Notes under the pieces: generated by a model
Databases searched by the model: none
Told to the model about the DNA's origin: nothing
What the model saw: the letters and a program-made list of their open reading frames with translations, nothing else
Made by a program: the position numbers and the translations under genes
Shown: piece after piece, positions 63,901 through 64,000 of the stretch
How positions within the stretch are numbered: position 1 is the first letter of the stretch
Layout of the letters: the number at the start of each line of letters is the position of its first letter
From: Catajapyx aquilonaris
Taxonomy: Eukaryota
Length of the DNA: 64,000 bases
Assembly: GCA_000934665.2 (NCBI GenBank)
Contig: JYFJ02001615.1
Coordinates: 1 to 64,000 of the forward strand
Reading direction: 5' to 3'

Positions 63901-64000
63901 ATACTGGAAAAGAAATAGTTCAAAATGTTCAGGATGGGCGTCACAAGTGCGGTATGACGTGGGTTGGGTCGAATCGATAGTTCTCTACATGTGTGTGGGC

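Noticed and set aside
11130..64000. Conserved microRNA hairpins or a Su(H) paired site
   Set aside because: No full mature-miRNA match was recognised (only a short AGGCAAGATG at about 39264), and no correctly spaced inverted Su(H) pair was seen. An Rfam/MirGeneDB scan would be needed to exclude them.
1..64000. CRISPR arrays, operons, prophage or other prokaryotic systems
   Set aside because: There is no regularly spaced repeat-spacer array and no dense ORF packing. Introns, SINEs and microsatellites show the DNA is eukaryotic.

Overview
Eukaryotic, most likely arthropod, genomic DNA (inferred from gene content, spliceosomal introns and core-promoter grammar). Two spliced protein-coding genes face each other across about 43.7 kb without credible coding sequence. 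On the + strand are the last two coding exons (4306-4482, 4571-4705) of an RBM33-like RNA-binding protein with a C-terminal RRM-like domain, followed by an AT-rich, CpG-depleted 3' region to about 10.4 kb. On the - strand is a complete three-exon Hairy/E(spl) bHLH-Orange-WRPW repressor of about 365 aa, most like Similar-to-Deadpan (54566-54498, 50887-50792, 49380-48448). It has a precisely spaced Inr+DPE core promoter and a cluster of Hairy-type binding sites just upstream. Two identical tRNA-Gly(GCC) genes flanking a CTCF-like motif sit where CpG density jumps, suggesting a chromatin boundary. The RBM33-like intron carries a three-level nest of transposons (TA-flanked TIR element > CACTG MITE > tRNA-SINE) plus a second SINE, and the two SINEs share a 3' stem-loop architecture. 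A roughly 110-bp palindromic element occurs twice. Nearly all ORFs in the supplied track look spurious. I cannot demonstrate a wholly new biological system here; the best leads are regulatory or structural. Gene names come from remembered protein similarity, not from a database search.
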